From a virus (Duplodnaviria > Caudoviricetes), in the IMG/VR virus record IMGVR_UViG_3300031920_000173, positions 1 through 51,554 of that record: a DNA stretch of 51,554 nucleotides. The stretch is one strand, 5' to 3'. The notes below the pieces were generated by a model. The model made no database searches, was not told the DNA's origin, and was given only the letters and a program-made list of their open reading frames with translations. Below, piece by piece: positions 29,523 through 39,249 of the stretch; the stretch's first letter is position 1; every line of letters starts with the position of its first letter. Both the position numbers and the translations under genes were made by a program.

Positions 29523-30150
29523 TACCAGTTTCTAATAAATTTAATAATTTATTTTTTTCAGGATTATCAAGTTTATTAATTAAACCAGCAATTTTAGAAA
29601 TTTGTTTATTCATAACATCTTTGCCTTTGGTTTTTTCAGAAAATTCTTTCTTTTCTTCTTTATCTAATAATTTACCTTCAATGAATGAACCCTCATCAAT
29701 ACCTTCTTTTAAATTTTCATCTAATGTTTTTAAGGATTTTTCGAAATGTGGTTTAACTATATTAAGAACTTCTTCTGCTTGTTGATAATCAATTTCATTA
29801 CTTTCATCAGTTTCAAAATCAAGTTCAGATTTCTTACGAAAATCACTTTTTAATTTCTCAGGATTACGATAATAATGTTCTAAAGTACTCATATATGTAT
29901 CATACATATATCTAGCTAAATCATCTAACAAATCATTTGGTCCTTTTTCAACACCTTCAAAGAATGGTAATAAAGTAAAACCAAAACGTCCCAACATGTC
30001 ATATCGAAATGGTTGGTGACCAATTTGTGCATTATAATCAGATGTATTATTTGCTTGAGTTGATAGATTAGAACCATTTTGTGGAATATCATCACTACCA
30101 ATCAATTCCCCATCATTATTTATGATTTCTGTTATATCCTTTTTCTTCAT
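29515..30150 (-). CDS. Hypothetical acidic protein
   Basis: 211-aa ORF with its own promoter motif. Confidence 0.6.
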   Translation of the reverse strand: MKKKDITEIINNDGELIGSDDIPQNGSNLSTQANNTSDYNAQIGHQPFRYDMLGRFGFTLLPFFEGVEKGPNDLLDDLARYMYDTYMSTLEHYYRNPEKLKSDFRKKSELDFETDESNEIDYQQAEEVLNIVKPHFEKSLKTLDENLKEGIDEGSFIEGKLLDKEEKKEFSEKTKGKDVMNKQISKIAGLINKLDNPEKNKLLNLLETGNE

Positions 30151-30151
30151 A

Positions 30152-30199
30152 ATAGTGTATTTTTAATATAAATACTTGTTATTATTGAATATACACTAT
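30152..30199 (-). promoter_or_regulatory. Inverted repeat (15/17 bp) around a GTATTTATA motif (30167-30175); putative translation-blocking hairpin
   Basis: Arms 30152-30168 and 30183-30199; the 3' arm ends 1 nt before ATG at 30150. Confidence 0.6.
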
Positions 30200-33100
30200 A
30201 AACTATCTATATCATATTCAGAATATTTTGGTTGTTGTGATGTTTTGATGAAATCATCTAACATTTGCATATATTCATCACCTAATTCACTAAAATCAGT
30301 AAAACTAATTTCAGAAAGTGTAGGTATCTTACTTAATACACTTTTTCTGAATTTAATGTAATATTTTTTTCTATGATCACCGAGTTCTTTTTCATATAAT
30401 TCACGTTCCACCTTTTCTTCCTGTTCTTTCTGTGCCATTAATTTAGCTTCCAGTTCCAATTCATATTCTGTTTTTGGTACATCAACAGTTTCCTTAACAA
30501 TTTGTATATAGTTCCCATTATGGTAACCAAGACTATATATTAATTGATTTTTAATTAAAATATAATCACCTTTTTCAATTTTATCATTTACTGATTTAAC
30601 AGGTGGTTTTCCAGCTTCTATCATTTTATCTGAGACAAATTTTAATGCATGTTCGTAAACATCATAATGAATTTTATTATCTTCATTCATTTTAAACCCA
30701 TCCCAAACTAAACGAGGATCATAACCATATTCTGACCAAAATTCAATTTCTTTTTCTTCTAAATGCATTGATTCATCATAATCATCTAAATCATATGCTT
30801 TTAATTCTAATTGATCTCTGGTAAGTTTACACCTTTCTAATCTAGTAACTTCAAATTTATTACCTTCTTTATCTTTTTCTTTTGTTCTTACAATTTTAGC
30901 AAGCATCTGTTTTCTAATTTCAGGATCAAAAGCAACCATAATTTTACTCACTCTTTTATTAAATGCTTTTAAATATTTATCTATATTATATACACCAATT
31001 AATTCTGGATTATCTACAAGGGTATTTTTATCAATTAAAATAGCTACAGGTCTTAATTCTTTACTTTCTATATCTTTTACCTGATCAGAATCACCATGTG
31101 ATGCACGATACCCTGTATTATAATAATAAATAGTACTATCTAATTCAGGTTCTGGTGGCATATATACCTCAATCATATTTAGTTTATCTTGAATTGTTAG
31201 ATTTTCCTCTGATTTAATATCTAAATTTGCTTTATGTTCTTGAAATAATTCTTCAGCAATCTTTTCCCTTTGATGAAGAATTAATTCCATGTGTGCTTGT
31301 TTAGCTAATGGTTTACCGTTTTTATCATTACCACGATTAAGATATTGTTTAATATTGTTTTTATATCTACGTTTATTAGCTATTTTTTTCAACGGTATTT
31401 CCATATCAAAAATTTGCTGAACATATTCATTATAATATTTTACAAAATCCACTGGTTTATTTTCAAGAATCATTCTTAAACCCTTACCAACAAATTCTTC
31501 AATATACTCAGCCAATGCTTTTGATTTTATCGTATTACCAGTAAGTTTAACTTTAGTTTTAATTTCACCACTTTTCTTATCTTTATATTCTTGAAGAAGA
31601 GCATAATTAATACGTGCTAAATTTACACCAGCAAGAAATTCACCATCATTATCAACAGACATATTTGGTGATACCATCACCTCTACATTGTATTTTTCAA
31701 TTAAAGCTGCAATACCGACCTCACCACCATATTTCCACATTTCTTCAATAGTTCCCTCTGTGGTTTCCATCGTTACCCCCTCATCAGTTACCCTAATCTT
31801 AGTATTATCAGGTATATGGAAATTAATACCATCAGTTACAGCTAATAATGGAACACAACCATATTTTTTAAACCATGCTGTTCCTTGTCTTAAATCTAAT
31901 CTACCACAACATGTAATTCTAGCAGCACACATATTATCAGACCAATTAAATGCCACATCCGCACCCAATGCACCAAACTGTGAATTGTTCAAAATCTTAA
32001 CAGGTAATTGTTTAACACCAAACATATTCCGGTCCTTATCAGTTAAAGTACCTTTTATATATTTATTATAATTTTCAGGGTCAATACTTTCCATAAGTAG
32101 GACCTCTTCTTCATTCAATGGTATTGATTTAGCTAATTTTTTATATATATTACGTGCAGTCGTTAAATAAATCAACATTTTTCTCATTACACCAGTGATA
32201 TCAAAGAACGGAAAAATATCCCAAGTTAATTGTTCCATTGGATATAGTGAAGCATAATCAATCTTAACCAATCGCTTATAAAAACCAATCTTATATGTTC
32301 TAGCTAACCCACCAGAAAATTTCTTTTTAACATCTGAATGTGGTATAGCTAAATCACGATCATAACTCCAAGCAGTTAATAATAAATTCCAAATACCTGC
32401 TGTTCCCATAGTACAAACTCTCTGAAAAGTGGTTGGTACTATCTTAGCTAACATGAATGATGATTGATTATACAGTTCATCAATTTGTTCTGTTTCATAA
32501 AGGTCATCAGAAAGATATAATTTTACCAATTCTTTTCCTGTTACAAAACGATTCATGTTATCAGGAAGAGCATTTTCTTTAAACCATTTAACAAATTGAG
32601 AATTTTCTTTTAATATGTTATTTCTAGTTTCTTTATAATCTTGAGCAGTTAAATCTTTTTTATATTGCTGTAATTCATATAATTTACCACCAATGTGTTG
32701 ATATTCTTTAGGTATTTCAAAAAAAACATTCTTATCGTTTGCAACAAAATACGGATTTTCATGATAATATCTACCAATATCATTATCTTCTCCGGGTATA
32801 TATGTTCTATTATCTCTTGCAACTTCCTCAAATTTAGCAAGATATTTTAAATTTACTCTTTTAATATCTGTGTTCACAGCAGCAGTTTTTTTCGCAGCAT
32901 GTAAAATATCAATAACAGATAAACCCCAAATTTCAGTTGCTGTATATTTTTCAGCAGCATTACCTAGTTTTACTGATGAATTTGGTTTTCTTTTTAAATT
33001 AATCCCAGACTTTAATGTTGTTCGTATTGTGCTAACATCAAAACCTAAAATCTCTAATCTTTTTAATATATAATGAAAGTCAAATTCTTCTGAGTGAAAT

Positions 33101-33843
33101 CCACATATTACAGCAGGTGATATTTTAACATATAATTCAATAAATTCCTTAATTAATTTAATCTCAGATTCATCATCATCAATCTTATCAACTTCTAAAA
33201 TATACTCAGGACCTTTATTATCTTTCACCCCAATAGCAAACACCCTTGAAATTTCAGGTCGTAAACCTGTGGTCTCAATATCGAACGTTACTTTATGAAC
33301 ATCTCTGTATTCTTCATATCCTTTGAACAATCTTGCCTTTTTATTAATTAAAAATTGTTCAGCAGGTCTTACATTAAAAAATAAATCACGGTTTTTATAC
33401 ATAAATCTACCATTATGATCTTTTATCCACCTACCATTTGTGTCTATTTTTTTTCCATATGGATCGATACCACCTTTTTTAAGAAAATTTGTTATGGCAT
33501 TAAATGATACACTACTTGTTATCTTAAAACAATACCCATCGACTAATCTTTTTTGATTACCTGTTTCTAATTTTTTTACTTTAATACCAAACAGGTCCAT
33601 GTTAGTTTTTTGGAGCAATCTATTCCCACCATACAACTTATAACCATGCTTCTTTAAATCTTTCATATACATGAAAGGTTCGAATTTTATTTTTTCAATT
33701 CTTTTAGGTTCTCCGGGTGGATGTATAACACACTCAGCTTGATTTGTTGAATTATCAACCTGAACATCAACTAAATATTTTAAATCTTCATTATAACCAT
33801 CTAAAAATGGTTTAATCTCATTTATTATATCTACTTTATTCAT
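30196..33843 (-). CDS. polB: Family B DNA polymerase with a 3'-5' exonuclease domain
   Basis: FDIETTG (ExoI), GFHSEEFD (ExoII), DYASLYP (motif A), KILNNSQFG (motif B), VTDG (motif C). Confidence 0.95.
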   Translation of the reverse strand: MNKVDIINEIKPFLDGYNEDLKYLVDVQVDNSTNQAECVIHPPGEPKRIEKIKFEPFMYMKDLKKHGYKLYGGNRLLQKTNMDLFGIKVKKLETGNQKRLVDGYCFKITSSVSFNAITNFLKKGGIDPYGKKIDTNGRWIKDHNGRFMYKNRDLFFNVRPAEQFLINKKARLFKGYEEYRDVHKVTFDIETTGLRPEISRVFAIGVKDNKGPEYILEVDKIDDDESEIKLIKEFIELYVKISPAVICGFHSEEFDFHYILKRLEILGFDVSTIRTTLKSGINLKRKPNSSVKLGNAAEKYTATEIWGLSVIDILHAAKKTAAVNTDIKRVNLKYLAKFEEVARDNRTYIPGEDNDIGRYYHENPYFVANDKNVFFEIPKEYQHIGGKLYELQQYKKDLTAQDYKETRNNILKENSQFVKWFKENALPDNMNRFVTGKELVKLYLSDDLYETEQIDELYNQSSFMLAKIVPTTFQRVCTMGTAGIWNLLLTAWSYDRDLAIPHSDVKKKFSGGLARTYKIGFYKRLVKIDYASLYPMEQLTWDIFPFFDITGVMRKMLIYLTTARNIYKKLAKSIPLNEEEVLLMESIDPENYNKYIKGTLTDKDRNMFGVKQLPVKILNNSQFGALGADVAFNWSDNMCAARITCCGRLDLRQGTAWFKKYGCVPLLAVTDGINFHIPDNTKIRVTDEGVTMETTEGTIEEMWKYGGEVGIAALIEKYNVEVMVSPNMSVDNDGEFLAGVNLARINYALLQEYKDKKSGEIKTKVKLTGNTIKSKALAEYIEEFVGKGLRMILENKPVDFVKYYNEYVQQIFDMEIPLKKIANKRRYKNNIKQYLNRGNDKNGKPLAKQAHMELILHQREKIAEELFQEHKANLDIKSEENLTIQDKLNMIEVYMPPEPELDSTIYYYNTGYRASHGDSDQVKDIESKELRPVAILIDKNTLVDNPELIGVYNIDKYLKAFNKRVSKIMVAFDPEIRKQMLAKIVRTKEKDKEGNKFEVTRLERCKLTRDQLELKAYDLDDYDESMHLEEKEIEFWSEYGYDPRLVWDGFKMNEDNKIHYDVYEHALKFVSDKMIEAGKPPVKSVNDKIEKGDYILIKNQLIYSLGYHNGNYIQIVKETVDVPKTEYELELEAKLMAQKEQEEKVERELYEKELGDHRKKYYIKFRKSVLSKIPTLSEISFTDFSELGDEYMQMLDDFIKTSQQPKYSEYDIDSL

Positions 33844-34738
33844 GACTTGCTTTCATTAATAAGTCTTCACTATCACAAGTACTTGCTAAACACGTTTCAT
33901 CTGGATATGGAAAATGTAATTCTAATTTTAGTTGTACAGGTTCTACTTGTTTTTGTTCTATTGGTAGTTCAATAGTATATGTGTGCTTTTCTAATAATTT
34001 TTTCTCATCGTATTCAGTTTCCCATTTATATTGATCAGATTTTCTTAATATAGATAATGCATTATCTACCACCTTTTTATTATATTTTTCAGAATGACCA
34101 CCACCAAAACCCTCATAATTAATTATTTTCTTACATGCTGCACAATAACCACATGGATCATAATCAAATATTTCAGATTCATCGTTCACGTTTCTTGGTT
34201 CTTCACATGACACAATTAAATCTAAATATTGTTGTGGTAATGCATCTGCGATTTGATTTTTACATGTTTTTGTCATCGGAAATCTAAGTGGAACAAGTGG
34301 TTGAGATGCAATTTTATTATATGCTTTATAAATTGAATTAATATCATCTAAATATGAAATTGCATCATCACCTAATACATACGAAATTTGTAATTCAGTA
34401 ATATTATCGATATAAAAAAGTGAATTATTTTGTGAGGTTAATAAACCCATTATCCAAATAGGTACTTGTTTTAATGACACAGAATTAAACCCACCATTAA
34501 CACCAACACTTAATGGATAATTAACTGATTTAATATTATCTGAAGAAAATTCTTTAATAAATTCCTTATATAATAGTTCAATACGATTTTTCTCTAATTT
34601 AGTTTTATTAGTGTTATTCTCAATTTCAATGTAAATTGGTTGAACAATATTACCATCTTTTAAATTTTTCCAAACTAAATATGTAGAGTCTAACCCCCCC
34701 GAAAATAATACACCAACTACTCGTTTATTTTTTTCCAT
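33836..34738 (-). CDS. queC: QueC-like PP-loop ATPase (7-cyano-7-deazaguanine synthase family)
   Basis: LFSGGLDST PP-loop plus SC...CGYCAAC Zn site. Confidence 0.8.
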   Translation of the reverse strand: MEKNKRVVGVLFSGGLDSTYLVWKNLKDGNIVQPIYIEIENNTNKTKLEKNRIELLYKEFIKEFSSDNIKSVNYPLSVGVNGGFNSVSLKQVPIWIMGLLTSQNNSLFYIDNITELQISYVLGDDAISYLDDINSIYKAYNKIASQPLVPLRFPMTKTCKNQIADALPQQYLDLIVSCEEPRNVNDESEIFDYDPCGYCAACKKIINYEGFGGGHSEKYNKKVVDNALSILRKSDQYKWETEYDEKKLLEKHTYTIELPIEQKQVEPVQLKLELHFPYPDETCLASTCDSEDLLMKASHE

Positions 34739-35082
34739 GATAATTTCTTCGTTTTTTTATTATATTTATATTTCCTATTGTTAAAAACAATATAATTAAT
34801 TTTCATAACTTCTTCACAATTATACGGAATAATGCCCACAAACCATAATGCTGTTATAATATTATTACCAACCACCATATAAGCAATATCATTATTTTTT
34901 TTTATTTTATAATCTAAATATTTAATATCCTCATCATTAATGCCTACCATTAATAACACATTAGCTAAACGATTAAATAATTTACCTTGAATTTTTTCAT
35001 CTGTAATATCTTGATCATAATTTAATAATTCCAATAATACATCATTCATTGGGTTATCACCCGGTACATAAATTTCACCCAT
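34717..35082 (-). CDS. Hypothetical protein
   Basis: 121-aa ORF overlapping both neighbours. Confidence 0.55.
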   Translation of the reverse strand: MGEIYVPGDNPMNDVLLELLNYDQDITDEKIQGKLFNRLANVLLMVGINDEDIKYLDYKIKKNNDIAYMVVGNNIITALWFVGIIPYNCEEVMKINYIVFNNRKYKYNKKTKKLSWKKINE

Positions 35083-36862
35083 ATTCTTTTTTTATCATTT
35101 CAACAACTTCTGATAATATTGATTCATTAGCAACAGAAGTATAATCCTCGTTATCTATTGCTTTCGCAATTTCTGTTTTTTTAGTTTCTATTCTACCATA
35201 AACATACTCATCAATGGTTTCTAAAAAAATTAATGAATATATATTAACAACATTCTTTTGTCCAATCCTATGTAATCTATCTGCAACTTGATCATATTCA
35301 CCGGGGGAAAATGGTAAAGATAATATAAATAATTTATCTGCAGCAGTTAAAGTAAGACCATAATTACATGTTTGAATTGAACCCAAAAATATTTTTATAT
35401 TACTATTCGGGTCTTGAAATCTTCTAACAACCTCTGCTCTTTCTTCAACAGATTGATCCCCTGTATGTAGTTCAGAAATATCTGGAAATTTTTCTTTCAA
35501 TGCGTAAAGACTATCTTTAAACATATCAACAATAACTATCTTATCTCCTGTTTCAATAGCAGCTTCAACAATTTCACAAATATGTTTTATTTTTAATGAT
35601 GAGAGAAATTGTCTTAATCTCAGCATCTGAGTCAATGGGTTTTGAGTAGGATCAGCTATGAAATTATTTGCAACACCTTTAGCAATTGAGTAATATGTGT
35701 GGTAATCAATACTTGAAATCTCTAATGGTATTTTCTGATATATTTTATCCGGAAGATCGGTAAGGACCTCTTTTTTTCTTTTACGATGTGTATATGGTGC
35801 TATCTTATGATATAATTCCTCAAATCTTGTATCGTCTATATTTGTTACCCACCCACCTTCTTCTTTATCATACTTAATCCCACAAAAATATTCATAAAAA
35901 TATTCTTTTGTTGGAAAATCTAACGATGATATTTGATTAAGTACGGAATATAATTCATACGCTCTATTTGGGGCAGGAGTACCGGATAGAAATATTTTAC
36001 TTGGGGTTTTATTTGTGAATATTCGTTTAAAATTTCTATATGTGTTTGATTTAGTGTTTTTTAACTTATGACACTCATCACATATTAATGTATCTATTTT
36101 AGTTATACCAAGTTCTTTCCACTTAATATTCATTTTCTTTTTATCACCAGTACGGAAATAATCATAGTTAACTATGACATATTTAGCTTCTTCAATTGAA
36201 TATTTATTTTTTTTCCAATTAATTATATGTGATTTACTTCCGGTGAATTTTTCAACTTCGTCATAAAAATTGAATTTCAATGAATTAGGTGTAATCACAA
36301 ATACTTTTTCAAATGTATTTAATTCAATATATGCAATACTTGATAAAGTTTTACCTAACCCCATTTCATGAGATAGGAGTGCATTTTTCACCTCATTTAA
36401 AAACATTGCTGCTGTTACCTGATGAGGATATAACTTAACACCCTCATTTAACTTATTATGTAAAACATCCCAATATTTTAAATAAGTAACTTCAAGTTCT
36501 TCTTTCTTATTAACCCAAAGTTTTTTCTTCTTTTCAAGTTCTACAAGCATTTTATCCTTTTCTACTTGATTTATCTTCATTTTTTGGACCAATTCAATGA
36601 ATTCTTTCTTACCGCTTTCAATGGTTTCATCATCAAGTCCAAATGCGAAAAATATTTTATTTGATTTTTTATATCGAGACATTAAATTGAAAAGACCTTC
36701 AACATTTAATTCCCACTTTTTAATTTTTTTATTGAATGATCTTAAATCACGAGATAATTCGCTTATCCGATCATTGAATTGTATATTATATTGATGATTT
36801 AGTTGATAGGTATTTGTTTTCCTAATTCTTTCACAATAGACAACGAAAATAACTTTTGACAT
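35075..36862 (-). CDS. SNF2-family helicase/ATPase (HARP/SMARCAL1-like)
   Basis: LYPHQ, EMGLGKT, DECH, LSGTP..NR, GLTLT, QVADRLHRIGQ. Confidence 0.92.
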   Translation of the reverse strand: MSKVIFVVYCERIRKTNTYQLNHQYNIQFNDRISELSRDLRSFNKKIKKWELNVEGLFNLMSRYKKSNKIFFAFGLDDETIESGKKEFIELVQKMKINQVEKDKMLVELEKKKKLWVNKKEELEVTYLKYWDVLHNKLNEGVKLYPHQVTAAMFLNEVKNALLSHEMGLGKTLSSIAYIELNTFEKVFVITPNSLKFNFYDEVEKFTGSKSHIINWKKNKYSIEEAKYVIVNYDYFRTGDKKKMNIKWKELGITKIDTLICDECHKLKNTKSNTYRNFKRIFTNKTPSKIFLSGTPAPNRAYELYSVLNQISSLDFPTKEYFYEYFCGIKYDKEEGGWVTNIDDTRFEELYHKIAPYTHRKRKKEVLTDLPDKIYQKIPLEISSIDYHTYYSIAKGVANNFIADPTQNPLTQMLRLRQFLSSLKIKHICEIVEAAIETGDKIVIVDMFKDSLYALKEKFPDISELHTGDQSVEERAEVVRRFQDPNSNIKIFLGSIQTCNYGLTLTAADKLFILSLPFSPGEYDQVADRLHRIGQKNVVNIYSLIFLETIDEYVYGRIETKKTEIAKAIDNEDYTSVANESILSEVVEMIKKEYG

Positions 36863-36886
36863 AATAAAATTACCTTTGATTTAAAA

Positions 36887-36894
36887 CAAAGATA
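36887..36894 (-). promoter_or_regulatory. Bacteroidota-type -7 promoter element TATCTTTG
   Basis: Matches TAnnTTTG 24 nt upstream of the helicase ATG; this intergenic region lacks GTATTTATA. Confidence 0.55.
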
Positions 36895-36924
36895 ATAGAA
36901 AAAAGTTAATAAATAAACTAAATA

Positions 36925-37335
36925 TTAAACAACTGTAGTTTTTGTTATTGAAGGTGATATAAATATTTCAATTGTATCATCGGTAGGTAGTGTAATTTTA
37001 CCACAATAATCACCTAAGAAATCTACGACAAATTCCCCTTGATAATTACCGGGTTTTTTTGTTTGTGGTAATTTAAATCTATATGCAAGATAATATTTAG
37101 CTTCATCAAGACGTTCATCAGTATTGACTTTAACTAACTTTGCTTCAACATTTGCAATACGATAAATACCAGTTTCAGTATCAATCATTGAAAAAGTAAC
37201 AGCAACATTCTCTAACATTTCATCAGTAATATCATATTTATCTCTAATAAATTGAGTTAAACCATACTTTATTTCAGGTAAAGTACTGTTCTGTTTAATG
37301 AAGAACTTTTTATTTGTGAATGTTGAATAATCCAT
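36925..37335 (-). CDS. BppU-like / Ig-fold virion protein
   Basis: FIKQNSTLP...V.FSM...YRF...T..PG.YQGEF...I.LP pattern. Confidence 0.6.
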   Translation of the reverse strand: MDYSTFTNKKFFIKQNSTLPEIKYGLTQFIRDKYDITDEMLENVAVTFSMIDTETGIYRIANVEAKLVKVNTDERLDEAKYYLAYRFKLPQTKKPGNYQGEFVVDFLGDYCGKITLPTDDTIEIFISPSITKTTVV

Positions 37336-37337
37336 AA

Positions 37338-37595
37338 TTATCTATCTCTTTTACCTTTAATTTTTTCTTTATTTGGTACTATTTTAGTGAAATTATTATC
37401 CATCTCGAAATCATAATTTTTATCTATACTCATTTTATATGAATCATCACCCGATTTAATAAATATATGTTTAATAATTGGATCATAATTTAATTCATCT
37501 ATAACTAATGGTATATCACTATCATTATAAACAGTCATCCCAATTAATAAATTACGAAATAATATTTCTAAAAAATTTGTTTCTTGTTTAGCCAT
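37338..37595 (-). CDS. Hypothetical protein
   Basis: 85-aa ORF coupled to the upstream gene. Confidence 0.5.
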   Translation of the reverse strand: MAKQETNFLEILFRNLLIGMTVYNDSDIPLVIDELNYDPIIKHIFIKSGDDSYKMSIDKNYDFEMDNNFTKIVPNKEKIKGKRDR

Positions 37596-38323
37596 TATTC
37601 TATATCATTATATTTATCATAAATACCACAAACAACAACATTATTTAAAGCATCTTTAAAATCTGTCCATGTTCCTTGTGATAAATTATAATTATTTTCT
37701 TCAAGTCCTTGTCCGGTAAATCCATGTATTGAATATATATAATCAATAATACCATCACTAGTGTAATTATAATCAACACCTATAATACCAGTTTCTATAT
37801 ATAAATCAATTAATGTTTTTACTGTATTAAAAAGGTCTTCAGCATCATCTCTATTTAGATATACTAATGTTACATATTTTGCATAATTCCATCTTTGAGT
37901 ATATGCAATAATATTTCGTAAATGATGTTTATGCCATGAAATTAATACAAATTGTTGTGCCTGTGCTTGTGACATACCTTTTGTTGTCATAAGATAAATA
38001 ACAGCAGACACTGGATCAGAATATGCATAATATTTAATAGCTAAATCTTTTTCAACATTAGTTAAACCAGACCATTGTTTTATTTCAATAATTTCTTTTA
38101 TTGAAAATTGAATAACACTATAATCATTAGCTATTTCTAAACCAAATTTATCCCAATTTTCAATACTATCAATGTTGATATAATTATTAGGAATAGTATC
38201 ACCACTTAAAATAATTTTAAATGGTTCATTACCATTTAAATCATTATTATTGAATTTCGTAATGTCAATACCTACGGTTTGACCACTAATCTGATACGCT
38301 ATTAAATGTTTCTTCGTATTCAT
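37595..38323 (-). CDS. Hypothetical protein (tail-fibre region)
   Basis: 242-aa ORF. Confidence 0.55.
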   Translation of the reverse strand: MNTKKHLIAYQISGQTVGIDITKFNNNDLNGNEPFKIILSGDTIPNNYINIDSIENWDKFGLEIANDYSVIQFSIKEIIEIKQWSGLTNVEKDLAIKYYAYSDPVSAVIYLMTTKGMSQAQAQQFVLISWHKHHLRNIIAYTQRWNYAKYVTLVYLNRDDAEDLFNTVKTLIDLYIETGIIGVDYNYTSDGIIDYIYSIHGFTGQGLEENNYNLSQGTWTDFKDALNNVVVCGIYDKYNDIE

Positions 38324-38324
38324 T

Positions 38325-39239
38325 TTATCCTATTTTTTGTATTCTCATTGCACCATAATAAATACTTGCCGTTCCACCACCGCACTGTCTATATACTATC
38401 GATGAAGTATGAGATGTTCCACCAGTTACTTGACCATTTTGTGTTATATATGCAGTTGTTATAACATTAGCATCATTGGTTTTCATCAAATTACAATAAC
38501 CAACAACAGCACCATCGAATAAGAAACAAACAATAGCACAACGATTAAGATTACCGTTACCAAAAACAGCATTATATTCAGATTCATAGTAACCATCTGG
38601 TAAATCCCATGTTTCTGTCATAAATGTAGCATTTGTGTCAGTTGTGTTATCTTGTTGGACACTACAATCATTGTAACAATATATACTTGAGTCACCACTT
38701 GGACTAATGGTTCTAAAATCACCAGTACTTGGATTCCAAGTTACCATATAATCATTGAGTGTACCACCTGTTGAAATATTAGGTGCTATAACTCTACTAC
38801 CTATATATACATCACTGGAAAAACTACCAGTAGTACCACTAAAAGCACCAGTTAATATTACAGTTGTTCCATCTAAAGAACCACTTAGATTTAATGTTGT
38901 TCCGGTTACACCACCAGTAATAATACCACCACTAAGACTTAATTTTGTATCAATTAGTGTTGTAGTTGTAGCTGTGTATCCAGTAAATGATTCATACTCA
39001 ACATTATCTTCTGGTTGTGGAGGTGGTGCTATTGAATCCAAATACGTATTAATTGTATTTTGATTATTTTCAATAATAGTTCCACCACTCTCTCTAAATA
39101 AATAAAGTGGTTGATTAGTGGGTATAAAATAATCAATTAATATCTCCCCATAAGGTGGTGAAGGAGCAAATGAATCATTGCTCCTATCTATTAATGTATT
39201 ATTATATTCCGTAGTATATAAAAAATATTCTGCAGCCAT
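38325..39239 (-). CDS. Short tail-fibre-like protein
   Basis: Gly/Thr/Ser-rich; N-terminal IP..QPLYL.R domain shared with 39250..41646. Confidence 0.6.
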   Translation of the reverse strand: MAAEYFLYTTEYNNTLIDRSNDSFAPSPPYGEILIDYFIPTNQPLYLFRESGGTIIENNQNTINTYLDSIAPPPQPEDNVEYESFTGYTATTTTLIDTKLSLSGGIITGGVTGTTLNLSGSLDGTTVILTGAFSGTTGSFSSDVYIGSRVIAPNISTGGTLNDYMVTWNPSTGDFRTISPSGDSSIYCYNDCSVQQDNTTDTNATFMTETWDLPDGYYESEYNAVFGNGNLNRCAIVCFLFDGAVVGYCNLMKTNDANVITTAYITQNGQVTGGTSHTSSIVYRQCGGGTASIYYGAMRIQKIG

Positions 39240-39249
39240 TTAACTATTT

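Noticed and set aside
30196-36862. Intein or intron in the polymerase or helicase
   Set aside because: No intein splice-junction or LAGLIDADG motifs were seen, and both reading frames are continuous
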